Assembly: GCA_016748015.1 (NCBI GenBank)
Contig: JAAOMT010000128.1
Coordinates: forward strand, 2,487,538-2,551,537
Reading direction: 5' to 3'
Length of the DNA stretch: 64,000 bases
Source of the DNA: Geosiphon pyriformis uo1
Taxonomy: Eukaryota; Fungi; Glomeromycota
The notes beneath the pieces were generated by a model. That model was not told the DNA's origin. It worked only from the letters and a program-made list of their open reading frames with translations, and made no database searches. A program made the translations under genes and the position numbers. Every line of letters starts with the position of its first letter. The stretch's first letter is position 1. Positions 52,801 to 64,000 of the stretch are shown here, piece after piece.

Positions 52801-53599
52801 ATTAAATTATAGCTTCTGGATATTCTAGTTCAGCATAGCATTGGTCTTAAACAATCAGTTATTACTAATAAAAGCTTGGTACTGTGTGGTTTTCATCACA
52901 AAAACTTTAATAGTTGCTATAATGCTATTAACTTTGAATAAAAAGTCATCAATTTCATTAATAGGAGTCTTAGTGGTAATAATTCTGGCATTAACAGCAT
53001 AATTAACTCAATAATCTAATTGGTTTATAAGCTGTTGTATAATGATACTGTCTACTGAACTACTATTAAAAATTAATTTGATAAATTGGCCATTGACTTT
53101 GGCATTAGTATACAGTGAACTCTCTTTATAGTCCCTCTGGTTATAGTCACTATCTTCTTATAATCACATTTTTTTAAAAACCAAAACTATTTATATATAA
53201 TATTATCTCCTTATAGTTACTTTTACTATATATATCTTCTTATAGTCCTTATCTCCACAAATATGATAGCAGAATATAAGTAATTTCCACTCTCTATAGT
53301 TATACTATAATCATATGATATTAAATATGAACATCAGATGTCATCTCATATTTAATCAGACATGTACAATTAGGGAGATTTTCCAATTTGTCAATGGAAA
53401 TCATTCTTTTTATGGTAGTAAAAAAAATTAGAGAAGTTTCTAAAAACAATTGTAGAACATTAAACAAAATTTCTCAAATATTACAACATTCAATTACTTT
53501 TCTTCTTTATAAGCTGCTACTACCATCAGAAGACAATGACGGAACTATTATATCTGGCTTGTTGTTTGCAGGTATTATGAAAGTTTTAATAATAGTTGA

Positions 53600-54230
53600 C
53601 ATATGGTACAATACTACTGCTCTTGGTGCTTTGGAAACTGGTGATGCTTCAGAGGCTGGTAGTGCTTTGAAGACTGTTGCTGTGAGTATTGATGAAGTTA
53701 CTCTGGATCAAATTTTGGCTAACAAGATTACTTTTTCTCCATATTGGGAAAAGGAATTAACAGACCTACAAGTGAGAATAATGGTCCAATGGGATCCTCC
53801 AAAAACAAGTTTGTTAATGGGACATTACTTGAGCAAATCAACTGAAAACAGAGTTTGAATTTACCTTTCCTTAGGAAGAGAAATATGACCAGTAATAAAA
53901 TTCAGAACATGAGAATTCTGATATATACCCAATAAATATATTTTCACACCAACTTTGGCATCTGCAATTAAAAAAAGGTTTCATACTAGCAATTATATTC
54001 ATCATTCGACCAATATTTAGTATTAGTGAGTGAAAGTTTGACTGATAGTTTTAAAGATGTATTAAAAATCAACTTTTTGGGACAAATAAATCCATATTGA
54101 ATGCTTTTCATAATCCAAACATAATCACACAAAATGGAGATTCGGATCTAAACTCAACATATCATGTTTTAAAAATGCCAATTATAAATGGTAATGCACC
54201 CAACCCAAGGTAAACAAAACTGTACACAAT
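53600..54230 (-). pseudogene. Captured spliced fragment of an unidentified cellular gene (two exons, intron ~53963-54075)
   Basis: Minus strand reads ...HFV*LCLDYEKHSIWIYLSQK | GT...tttttttaattgcAG | MPKLV*KYIYWGIYQNSHVLNFITGHISLPKER*IQTLFSVDLLK*CPINKLVFGGSHWTII... in frame; the stops are TGA/TAA, consistent with C>T decay. Confidence 0.5.
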
Positions 54231-54369
54231 ACAATATATTTCTAACTTCTTAAAGAATATTTATTAGGCTGTCACATGATTAACTTGATAAGCTTTGAAA
54301 ACATAATTACTTAAAAGAGGTATTAGAGAGTTAATAATAGGTAATAGTTGTGATTTTATTAACAGATTT

Positions 54370-55200
54370 ACATTTTTTGATGATCTGCTTCTTTATTTAT
54401 TACTGGAATTGGTTTCCAAGTACCTAACAATGTTTTTTTAATTTGCCTTGCTTTAAGAAAGTCTATTCTTTTCATCCATGCAATTTTACTGAATTTTTTT
54501 ATTTTTTCGCTTAATATTCATTCATAGCCAATATCACGAAAAACATAATTAGAGACATTTGAATTTACAAACTGTGTTTTTCTTATCTGAACTCGAAATC
54601 GATTTGATTCAGCAATAAAGCTAGGATGTATATGAGACCTGTATATTTCACTTTTAGAATATTCAATAACATTAAAGAGATTAGTATGCAATTTCTCAAA
54701 TTTGATACAGTTATGTACTGCAATTTCTCAATGCTGTTGTGAAGGTATAGAAGGAATCAATGATTTAAGCATTTTGTTAATTTCTTTAAGTATTGCATCA
54801 TGGCCTTGATGTTGATTTGAAAGTTTAAATCGAGAAATTACAATTCTTTCTTGAATCAGCTTGCAAACTTCAGGCTTCAATTGTAGTCATTGTTTTTTAT
54901 CAGCAATTTCAATTAATTGGTAAATAAAATGGCACCAAACAGACTAAATTAGTACAAACATTTGTCTAGCCACAAGTCTTAATGAAGACCTATTAAAACA
55001 AACTCCAGTGCAAAAGTTAATAATTGTTTGTAAATAAAAAAAGACTTGTTCATACTTTAATCTAAACATGGGATCTGTTTCATTTTGGGCCCATTTTAAG
55101 TAATCTTTAACAAATGGATTTTCCTTAGAAACAACATATAACCACATTAATTCAGAAGCCATTACATGCCTATATATATTACATATCGAATTCCATAACT
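54370..55200 (-). pseudogene. Fragment of a second probable transposase (Academ/DUF6589-like C-terminal region)
   Basis: Frame of ORF 54944-55162 continues through stops: HFIYQLIEIAD...HQGHDAILKEINKMLKSLIPSIP. The D-x3-E-x-N-K pattern suggests this family; assignment tentative. Confidence 0.4.
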
Positions 55201-55301
55201 TATAATGATCAAGACATTTTTTAAAAAACTGCAGTTGACTTTTACTTTGATATCTCTGACATTGTGCAAAGTATTTTATATCAATATTCCAATTAATATA
55301 G

Positions 55302-55414
55302 ATGTTGCTGTGTTTGGAGTGCTTGACAACATAACATTGTGCTATCTTCTACACAATTATGCAAGTATGTGGAAGATCAAATTGACAGCCTTCATTATTG
55401 ATCATCAGTTGGGG
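55302..55414 (+). pseudogene. tilS: Captured exon of a PP-loop tRNA(Ile)-lysidine synthetase-like gene
   Basis: VAVFGVLDNITLCYLL...KLTAFIIDHQLG is a decayed VAVSGGxDS...VDHxLR N-terminus; bounded by tatAG and GTAAG. Confidence 0.65.
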
Positions 55415-55678
55415 GTAAGAGACAAAAAGTGTTGCAGATGCATTATTGAAATTAGGTTTCTTTTTACTGAGAATCTGTCATTTGCACTTAGAATCCTACA
55501 GTTGAATTAAAACCTTCATTTTTATAATTTGGCCATTTTTTATAATTTGAGGCACCTCATATGGCATGAGACATCTTACATGTCTGATTAGATATAAAAC
55601 AAAATAATATTTGAGACATAACAGATATATCAACACGTTATAAAAGCAAAATACAATAAAAAGTGTGTTCTTATTAAT

Positions 55679-57246
55679 ATGTTAAAAAATGCAAACCAAA
55701 AGCAAGCAGCAATCTCCTTGGAGACTAAAAAGGCTCTCTGCCAATACAAACTAGAGCATCTTAACTACTCAGCAAATAGACTTATCAAAATATTTAATCT
55801 AAAGATTGACTGCTCCACTGTAACAAAGATACTCGCAAAATCAGACTGATGAATTGAAAAAAATGTATTTGGCAACTCTGGTCAATTGACAAAGGACAAA
55901 AAAGAGATGTTTCCAAAGATAAATGATGCACTGAGAGAATGGATGCTTGGAGCACTAACTACCAACTGCATTCTTACTGGAAAAATTTTACAAACGAAAG
56001 CCCTCAAGTTTGCTGAAAAGTTTCTGGAAGAAAATAACTTTAAAGCATCAGATGGTTGGTTAGAAAAGTTCAAGAAACGTCATAATTTGCACCACATTAA
56101 GATACATGGCAAAGCAAACAGTGCCTCCTTGGAAATTTTACTAGAGAAATGAGAGAAACTGCGTAAGATTATCAGCAAATATGATTTAAATAATATTTAT
56201 AATGCCAATAAGACAGCATTATTCTTTAGAATACCACCAAATGCAACTTTGGCAACAAGATCTACTTCTGGCACCAAGTGTGATAAGAGTCGAATTACCA
56301 TAATTTTTGCTTGTAATACAACAGGCAGCATCAAGTTGCAGTCTTTAATTATCAACAAAGCTGCAAAGCCACAAAGCCATGATGTTTTCACAATATTAAT
56401 ATGAATACACTTTCAATCACTTATCATTACAATACAAAAGCATAGATGCGAACTGATATTTTTAGTGAATAACTTAATTTATTAAATGAAGAAATATGTC
56501 ACAAGAAAAAAAAGATTTTGCTATTGCTTGATAATGCTGGTCCCCATGGTAGAAAATCTTCTGTATTATCTAATATTATGATTAAATATCTACCATTCAA
56601 TACAACATTCCATTTGTAACCATTAGATGTAAGAATTATTGCATTCTTTAAAGCACAATACCAAAAGTTGTTTCTTTTTCATCTTATTAATCAGTATGAT
56701 GGCAAGATTCTAATATTAACAGTAACTTTAAAGGATGTGGTTGACTTTCTAATTAATGCATGGTTAGCAGTAACAACAACTGCAATTTAAAACTGTTAGT
56801 ATTATATGAGAATTCTGAATAATAGTCAAATGTCAGCCCATCCATTAGATATTGAACAAGAATTCCTACAAGAAATACAAGTTCTTATTGAGCACATTGA
56901 TATTGACAAGCTATTGGCAATAAACTTCATTAATATTGACAAGTTTGAACTATTATTCACTTATGCCTCAGAGGATAAAATTGTGGATCTTATTAATAAC
57001 AAGTATAGTGGAAATTCTAATGCAAATAAAGATTTAGAAAGTGAAAATAAAGATGGACCTTTGCCTTTGCTATCTATATATCAAGGTAAAATTGCACTTG
57101 AAGATACATTGCACTATTATAAAGAGCAATATAGTAAAAAAGTTGATTCAGACTTTTTTAAAACTTTGAGAACATTAATTTGTAATACTGTTCTCAAAGT
57201 TCAAGAAGAGAAAAAACAGTTGCAAATAGATAGCTTTTTTAAATAA
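55679..57246 (+). pseudogene. pogo/Tigger transposase (HTH, CENP-B HTH, DDE_1), disrupted
   Basis: GKILQTKALKFA...FKASDGWLEKFKKRHNL, IYNANKTALFF, LLLLDNAGPH, L*PLDV, C-terminal KQLQIDSFFK. Confidence 0.92.
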
Positions 57247-60200
57247 AATATATATAATTGGTTATTATATTATGTATGTGATATATAGATCATATAATAA
57301 GATATTAATCATTTTTTATAGTCCCATCTCTCTATAGTAACCATAAATGTGCTGACCAAAAAATGTGATTATAAAGAAAGTTCACTATACATGGTAATAA
57401 TTGGTTTTGTGTTGAGAACAGTTTCATTAAATAAAGATAACATTGTTGATTTTTCTATTTTAAAAAGAAATATAACTACAAGTAATTTATTTTCAGTAAT
57501 GATTGTTGGTAGAATGTTACTAGTAAATAGTGTTTTTGGGCTTTTCAGATTATTGAATAAGTTGGTTTCTGGAGTAATTAAAAAACTTAAATAGTTCTGG
57601 AAATTCGAATTTTGGGTGTACTTATTTTCCAAACTTTATTAGTATAATCTTAATAGTTGATTTGATAAATTAAAAATTGGTTGGTATATTACTATTGCTA
57701 ATCTTCAATTTTGTTGTGTGTAAGTAATTCTCAGTCTTTGGTTGCTGGTTAATATTTGAACTAGGTTTTGGGACAGTGTTTGAATTGATTATAATTGATA
57801 GATAATTTGTGACTGTGGCTAATAGATAACTGGTACTGAAGTTTAATATACTAAAGATAAATATATTGATTATTACATCATTAAAGTGTAATGAGATTAA
57901 TATTGTTTCTAATTCTGGATATAGTTCAGAGTTTGAAACCAGTAATTAGGGTTTTAATATTGATTTTCCAATCATTGGTTATTTAATCTTGCACAGCAGT
58001 CTATTTTTAAGTATTTTTATTTATTATAATAGTAACAAATATATATCTTTTGCTGCCATAATTGATTGGTTAATAAGAATAATAGACATAATTGATTCTG
58101 GAAATAATTGAATTGTTGTGACATTGTAAAAGTTAATAAATTGCCTGATTGTTAGCTAAGTATCTCTCAATTTTTTAATTAATGGTTTTGCCAAATTGTT
58201 TCAATTTGGTATCTAATTTAGATAATTCATTTATTACTAAATTAACAGCTTAAACATGGTTGGCTTTAAGTTCAGCCAATTCAAAATCTCTAGTATGTAT
58301 AACTGTATTCTAGAAAGTATTTGGATATATCAGACATACTTATTATAAAAAACTACTGGATAATCTATAAATAAACTGATTCAAAATCTATGCTATTATA
58401 AAGTAGTCAACTTAAATTGCTTGAATCTGGTACAGATTTCTATGAAAACATCCCAAGTAAATAGTAACTGCTTCTGTATTATTCTGTTTGATAGTAGTAA
58501 AGCTAGTTAACAGATAATTAATGCTGTTGTGATTACTAAAATATTGTAGAAATATAGCTTTAAATGTGTTAAAAATTTGTGGCTTGTTAACTAAGTTTTG
58601 ATATTATAAGTTGACAGTATTCTATAAGAAATAAAAAATGGTTTGAAAAGCTTTAATATTATCTTAATTATTGGCTGTAATTGCTTTGGCTACATTATTC
58701 AATCATACTTGGGCATTGTTTTCTTTGCCAATAAATTTCTTGAGTTTAATAATAGATATATATATTATTGGTACTAGTTGTTATTATTGTTGAGAATTTT
58801 GTTATAGTGAAACAATTGATACAACTGGTGAATTAATCATAATCACTAGAAGTAGATCTTGTTAAATAATAAAAGTAGAATTTAGATTGTTTAAGTTTTG
58901 TAAAGTTTGAATAATTGGAATTTGTATTTTTGGGTTATTTGAGATCAGATTTTGGTTATTATTTTACTGATTATTGTTTTTTTTTTTTCTTCTTCTTCTG
59001 AATTAATATCTTTCTAACAACTGGTAAATTCGAAATTTGGTTGAAATAGTAATAATCAGAGTTCTAATGGTGTTGTTAGTTATAATTTAAATTCTTTAAA
59101 GAAATTGCCATAAGTTCTTAATAATTTGGCTTTTTTTTGATTATTTTGGAATGGAACTTGAAATAATAGTGTTTTTGCAGTTAATAATAATACGGATTTT
59201 AATAATATATATATAATACTTTTTGATATATAATAGTATAATGAGTAAATGAGTAAAACAACTCTTGCTTTTTTTCAATTAGGCAGTTGTATTTTTTTTG
59301 GTGTTTCTGTTGATGTTTGTAATTTTTTTTTGTTTGCAAAAATAATAAAAAATCTTTGTTGAATGTAATTTTCAATTTTTTTGTTTATTTCTATGATTAG
59401 TGATGTAAACAGATGGTTTGGTAGAAGTGTAGTGCTTTGGAATAATTCACTATAAAAATTATTGAAGGTGGCTTCTAGATTTCTTTGATTTTCCAAGTGG
59501 AATTTAATTTTTTTATTGATATAGAAATTGAAAGCTGATTTTGTTAGCCAATAGTTACTTGTCAATTCAAAATAAATTTAATAGTGTTGAAATAAAGATT
59601 TCACAAATCTTAAATAATTTTTTTTTATAATTTCTTGGTTTGTCATTTTTTTGAATGGTTGTTTTTTTGTTAGATTATATCTTATAGGGAGCACTAAATA
59701 TTATAAGTAATTATTTAGGATATTAGAACAAATAACAAATCTGTAACTTAGTGCTCAATAATTGATAATATTAGTAATTTCTGAAGGTTTTGAAGTCTGA
59801 AAGTTTTGGTTAAGTTTTTTATATAATAGACAAAAATTTAATTAATGATTTCTTCTATGAATTTTTTTTTTTAGTGTAATAGCCAGTTTATTTTGGCAGT
59901 TATGCTTTTTTGGTAAGCTATTCTTAAATTTCTATTCTTATTTTTGGGTCTTTTATCAGATTATTTTTAATATTAAATACTCAATGCTTAATTTTTTTTA
60001 ATTAATTTAGCAAATAACAAAGAAATAAAATAAAAAAAATAAAAATAAAAATAAAAATAAAAAATAAAAAATTAGTATTCTATTAATAACTATAATTAAG
60101 AACTATTGGTCTAATGTAATTAAGTATTGAATTCTATTAACATAGAGTGTTAATAAAATAAAAATAATTAATTTTTTTAATTAAATAACAATAATATAGA

Positions 60201-60879
60201 TTGAATAATAATGAATAATTTTATTAATATAGGAATAATTTTACTTTAAGTTATAGAAAACTATCTTTTAAAGAAAAAAATATTGTTTTAAATTAATATG
60301 AACTCTATTAAATTCTCTTGAAATTATTTTTTCTGCTTTTAATACTTTTGTTATATATATTGTTATAGATTGGAGTAACAAGCTAACAGATAGCAAAGGA
60401 GAACAGTATTGTATGGTGATAGAAATAAACAAAGAAGGAATTACAATAAGGAAGTGAATTGAATAAGTAGAAATTCAATGTGCATGATCAGTCTTATAAA
60501 AATCACAGTTGCTAATCTTTTCTTAAATCTAAAGGTAGAGGAATAGTCCGTGATTGTCAACAAAATAATACTGCTGCTATTATTTTATGCCTCAACTTGG
60601 CAATTCTTAGAATCAATAACAGGTATCATTGTACTTTTCAATTGTTTCTTTATTCAATAAATTACAAGAGCAAGCCAATTGCTTCTCAGGCTAATTCTAA
60701 CAAATACAAATCAAGAAGGGGAAAAGATAAGGTATGTGAATGCCAACAAGTAGATACTTGAAGATAAGGAAAGGGGAATAAGCAATTATGAAAAGAAGTA
60801 ATTAATATTGTTTATTTCATTACTTTGATCATGTCTTTCTATAGCTAAGGGAATCATCACTTATATAGCTATCTAAAGT

Positions 60880-61010
60880 GGTCAATGATCAGGTCAACAA
60901 TCAGGTCAATGATCAGGTCAATGATCAGGTTAATGATCAGGTCATTAATCAGATCAATGATCAGGTCAATGATCAGGTCAATGGTCAGGTTATTGATCAG
61001 GTTAACAATC
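60880..61010 (+). repeat. Tandem 12-mer (GGTCAATGATCA), about 10-11 copies, in U3 of the family-C LTR
   Basis: Directly visible; decayed copy at ~7590-7690. Confidence 0.92.
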
Positions 61011-61067
61011 ACTATCTAAAAATAGGGTGGCTAATTATATGACATCATTGGCTAATACATGTGATAA

Positions 61068-61820
61068 TTAATAAAAACTATGTGTTTCAACTGTAACATC
61101 ATCCTCTTCAAAGAGATTGAGCTCCGGCGAAATCAAACTATTTATGAGATAGTTTATGTGAAGGGTTTTGTCTAACTCAAAACTAACTAGTTTGTTGAAG
61201 TCTTTTGTGGATAGGGTATATAGTACTTGAGGCGAAATAAGCTTTGCATCTAAGAGACCAAATCTTTGTATAAGAGTTTTGGCTCTTCTTGCAATAGTCA
61301 AAACTTTTGGGACATCTAAACGTATAATGCCCAAAATTTCCACTTGTATCTCTGAAGTTGTTTTCTTCATGAATTTCATGTCTTCTATGATTTCACCAAG
61401 ACGACCATAAAGTTCTAGTTGTCTTCCATATGACAAGTTTTTGTCTATGGGCAAGATTTCTTGTATTGTTTTTCCAATTGTGCTGGAAGGTGAAAGTATC
61501 ACTGCTGTTATGCTTTCCAGCAGGTATTTATCCAATTTGCCACCAATTCTTTCTCTTTTGAGAGTTGTTTTCTTTGGTCTAATAACAGTGTGAGTTCCAC
61601 TGTTGTCTGTTATAATGGTTTGTTTTCTGATAGTCAGAGTAGCATTTGGATAGTTTTTGATCCAGTACTCATGGAGAGTATAGAAAGTGTTTTGAATGTT
61701 TTGATCCAGGAAATAATTGTTCATGTCGATTGAAGATACCTCTGTTTTGGGAATAGTGCATTTATTTATCTCTAATTTTTGCTGATCATTTGGGTTGGTA
61801 TTACCACAACAGATAACCAA
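61068..61820 (-). CDS. Extra ORF downstream of integrase (~230-250 aa, unknown function), stop inside the 3' LTR
   Basis: Open frame at the same position as 41944-42651 with a similar helical pattern. Confidence 0.65.
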   Translation of the reverse strand: MVICCGNTNPNDQQKLEINKCTIPKTEVSSIDMNNYFLDQNIQNTFYTLHEYWIKNYPNATLTIRKQTIITDNSGTHTVIRPKKTTLKRERIGGKLDKYLLESITAVILSPSSTIGKTIQEILPIDKNLSYGRQLELYGRLGEIIEDMKFMKKTTSEIQVEILGIIRLDVPKVLTIARRAKTLIQRFGLLDAKLISPQVLYTLSTKDFNKLVSFELDKTLHINYLINSLISPELNLFEEDDVTVETHSFY

Positions 61821-64000
61821 TCAGGTCATTTGTGATATTTCTTGAGTTGCATGCCATGAACAAGGCGATCACTGAATATTGTTCCATATTAATCTTATAA
61901 GATATAAGAACCATTGTTCAAAACTTTGTTGACTATAAAGGGTCCTTTTCACCGGCTAGAGAATTTATCACCATAGACATTGTTTCTGTCTAAACAGTAT
62001 TCCAAAACTAAGTCACCAACACTTAAAGAAAATGTTTTATAGGTCTNNNNNNNNNNNNNNNNNNNNAAGATTCCATCTTTTGTAATAAGATGGCCAAGGA
62101 ACTGGGTGGATTGATGTCCAAAGAATGATTTGATTGGATTGATCTTGAGACCAGCATTTCTAAGGAGGTCAAAAACCTTTTGCAAATGTTCAAAGTGTTC
62201 ATCCCAGGTTTTTGAGTATACCATTATGTTGTCCAAGTAGACTAGAACAAAGTTTTCTTTTACTGATTCAAATACTTTGTCCATTAAGCATTGAAAGGTG
62301 GGAGGAGCATTTGTGAGACCAAAAGGCATGACTGTGAACTCGTAGGTACCATACTTGGTGATGAAGACAGTTTTCTTTCTGCTTTCTGGATCCATCTCTA
62401 CTTGCCAGAATCCAGCAGTTAAGTCAATGGTTGAGAAGAAAGCGGCACTATGGAATTGGTCTAGCATTGCATCAATCTTGAGAAGTGGGTACATGTCTCT
62501 TTCAGTAATGGCATTTAATTGGCGATAGTCAACACAAAAGCATAGAGTTCCTCCTTTCTTGGATACCACTACAACTGAGAATGCCCATTCACTCTTGGTT
62601 TCCTGTATGAATCCAAGGGTTTTCATTCGGGTTATTTCCTTTTTGATAAACTCATCATTGCGCTGGTTGGATTGATAGGGCTTCAAATGGATGGGACAAG
62701 TTTCTCTGGTGATGATGGTGTGTTGTATCACATGTGTACATCCAGGAGGTTCACCTTCTTTTGAGATAACTGGGCTGTTTCTAGCCAGCAGGTTTTCAAT
62801 GTCTACTTTTCTTTCTTCTGAAGAGGGTTCTCTTTGTTCTACAACCAGTGATTGGATTTCAGGTGGTTCATTTTCAAAGGACTTTTGGACTTCTTTTATT
62901 TTCTCTTGGGGTATCAAGCTGATTGGTTCTCAATCTTTGTAATAGATCAGGCAGGACATGCATTCATCGCTAGGAGAGTACAATGGTTTGTTGCACCAGC
63001 ACCAGGCACAAGGACCATGCCACCAATAACTGTATTTGGCTTTCTTGCCTGGCTTTCTGTTAAAAGTTCTTCTGAGCATGTCATAATAAGGCCAGCAGAT
63101 CAGCTTGCCATTGACAATGATTCCTTCTTTATCTGCCTTGACATTATCCAGTGGTTTGCCATTGCTAGTGAAGATGGTATAGGCGAGTTCAGCAGTTTCT
63201 TCTTGTTCTTCTTCTTTCTCACTTTCTTCATCATCTGATTCATCTGATTCATTTTCTTCTGGGCTCTGCTTGGGTACTGGGGGAGTTGTCCAATGGCGAC
63301 ACTTAACCACAATGGGTTTCTCACCACATCTGATGGTTAGTTCACAGAGTTCATAATCAAGCAAAGCCTTTGCTTTCTTGAGCCATTCATTGCCAACAAT
63401 GATGGTGTATTCTTTTGCTTCAGACACTTTCATATCAGTTTCAATGCTGATGCCATTGATGTGAACAGGAATAGCTTTGGCTATGCCAAGCTCTTTCTTC
63501 TTATCACCATGCACATTGGTCATTGGTCATGTGGATGGTTTATCAATTTTTCTGCCAATTGCTTCAAAAAAGTGTTTGGCAATAACACTAACAGATGATC
63601 CACTGTTTAGGATCAAATCGATGAAGTAGCCAGCCACTTGGGCTTTACAAATTAGAGAAGTGACATTGCTATTGTCAGCAAGTCCAGCTTGGCGAGGGCA
63701 TTTGTTGGTTTTGGGTNNNNNNNNNNNNNNNNNNNNAATTCTATCAAATGGTTGACCAACAAAGATTGGATGGATATCTTTCTTGTGATTGGGTTTTCCT
63801 TTTCTTTGGCAAGTATCACAGGTTTTGATGTATTCAGCAATGTCTTTTCCCAAGGTAAGCCAATAATAGCAAGCTAAAGTTTTCTGAATTGTTTTTGTTT
63901 TTCCAAAGTGTCCAGCTAATGGATCAGTGTACATATTGTAGATCACAATTTCTCTTTCTTCAAATCTAATGACTCTCTGGGAGCGGTCAGGATCTTTTTT

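Larger units (their letters stand above)
53113..57387 (+). mobile_element. pogo/Tigger-type (Tc1/mariner superfamily) DNA transposon with cargo
   Basis: TIRs cagtgaactctctttata / tataaagaaagttcacta. TA on both sides (53111-53112, 57388-57389). Excision restores ATG TAT ACT AAT GCC (MYTNA) of the host protease. Subterminal CTYYTATAGTNAC-like repeats at both ends. Confidence 0.92.
51108..60360 (-). mobile_element. Old internally deleted Gypsy (family-A related): 3' LTR 51108-51982, PPT, dUTPase stub, PR, gag, PBS, 5' LTR from ~59699 (cut by the LTR at 60361)
   Basis: 51108-51710 repeats at 59751-60360. PPT 51983-51997. KLKWFNNNNKCIIPKCIH (pre-dUTPase) is joined directly to the ...DRTQY* tail. 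ESAFNFYIN-type gag N-terminus at 59275-59565. Decayed PBS ~59681-59696. Confidence 0.78.
60361..64000 (-). mobile_element. Ty3/Gypsy element, family C: 3' LTR 60361-61098, PPT, extra ORF, and pol pieces scaffolded out of order across gaps
   Basis: TGTTAT...GTAACA ends; PPT gaagaggatga. RT (FCVDYRQLN, MPFGLTNAPPTFQ, YLDN) 62067-62750; protease 63300-63700; integrase HHCC piece beyond the gap at 63737. Confidence 0.88.

Noticed and set aside
53388-53858. 156-aa plus-strand ORF as a cargo gene
   Set aside because: No recognisable motif; the minus strand gives a better exon/intron-consistent reading, so this is probably its antisense shadow.
55302-55414. Functional link between the TilS-like exon and the tRNA-Ile-like PBS
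   Set aside because: The exon is a 37-codon decayed fragment in an unrelated DNA transposon; coincidence. It is also not evidence of bacterial transfer, since it has spliceosomal boundaries.
60880-61010. CRISPR-like array (also 15225-15390, 34040-34190)
   Set aside because: Head-to-tail short repeats without unique spacers, located in LTR U3 regions; no cas genes.
61949-63946. Unusual domain order (integrase pieces fused to RT and to protease)
   Set aside because: Both fusions occur exactly at N gaps (62047-62066, 63717-63736); scaffolding of collapsed repeats.

Overview
AT-rich, CpG-depleted eukaryotic DNA with no intact cellular gene, RNA gene or CRISPR array. It is a deeply nested pile of decayed transposons. 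It is probably from a Glomeromycota-type fungus; the repeat proteins remind me of Geosiphon pyriformis, but that is recollection and was not searched. Contents: two RNase H-bearing LINEs; several Ty3/Gypsy LTR elements and solo LTRs from at least four LTR families (TGTTA...TAACA ends, 4-bp TSDs, several with a dUTPase between protease and RT and an unexplained extra ORF after integrase); and a pogo/Tigger DNA transposon carrying captured gene fragments. The standout is 29650-34252. About 2.9 kb of an alpha-like (Hepelivirales-like) RNA virus replicase, SF1 helicase plus RdRp, replaces the inside of an LTR retrotransposon. It lies antisense to the element and joins the 5' LTR exactly at its T-rich tract. 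The whole unit is integrated with a 4-bp TSD into the RT gene of an older Gypsy. Old copies show strongly directional C>T/G>A decay in all contexts. 4131-6096 looks like an assembly duplication.
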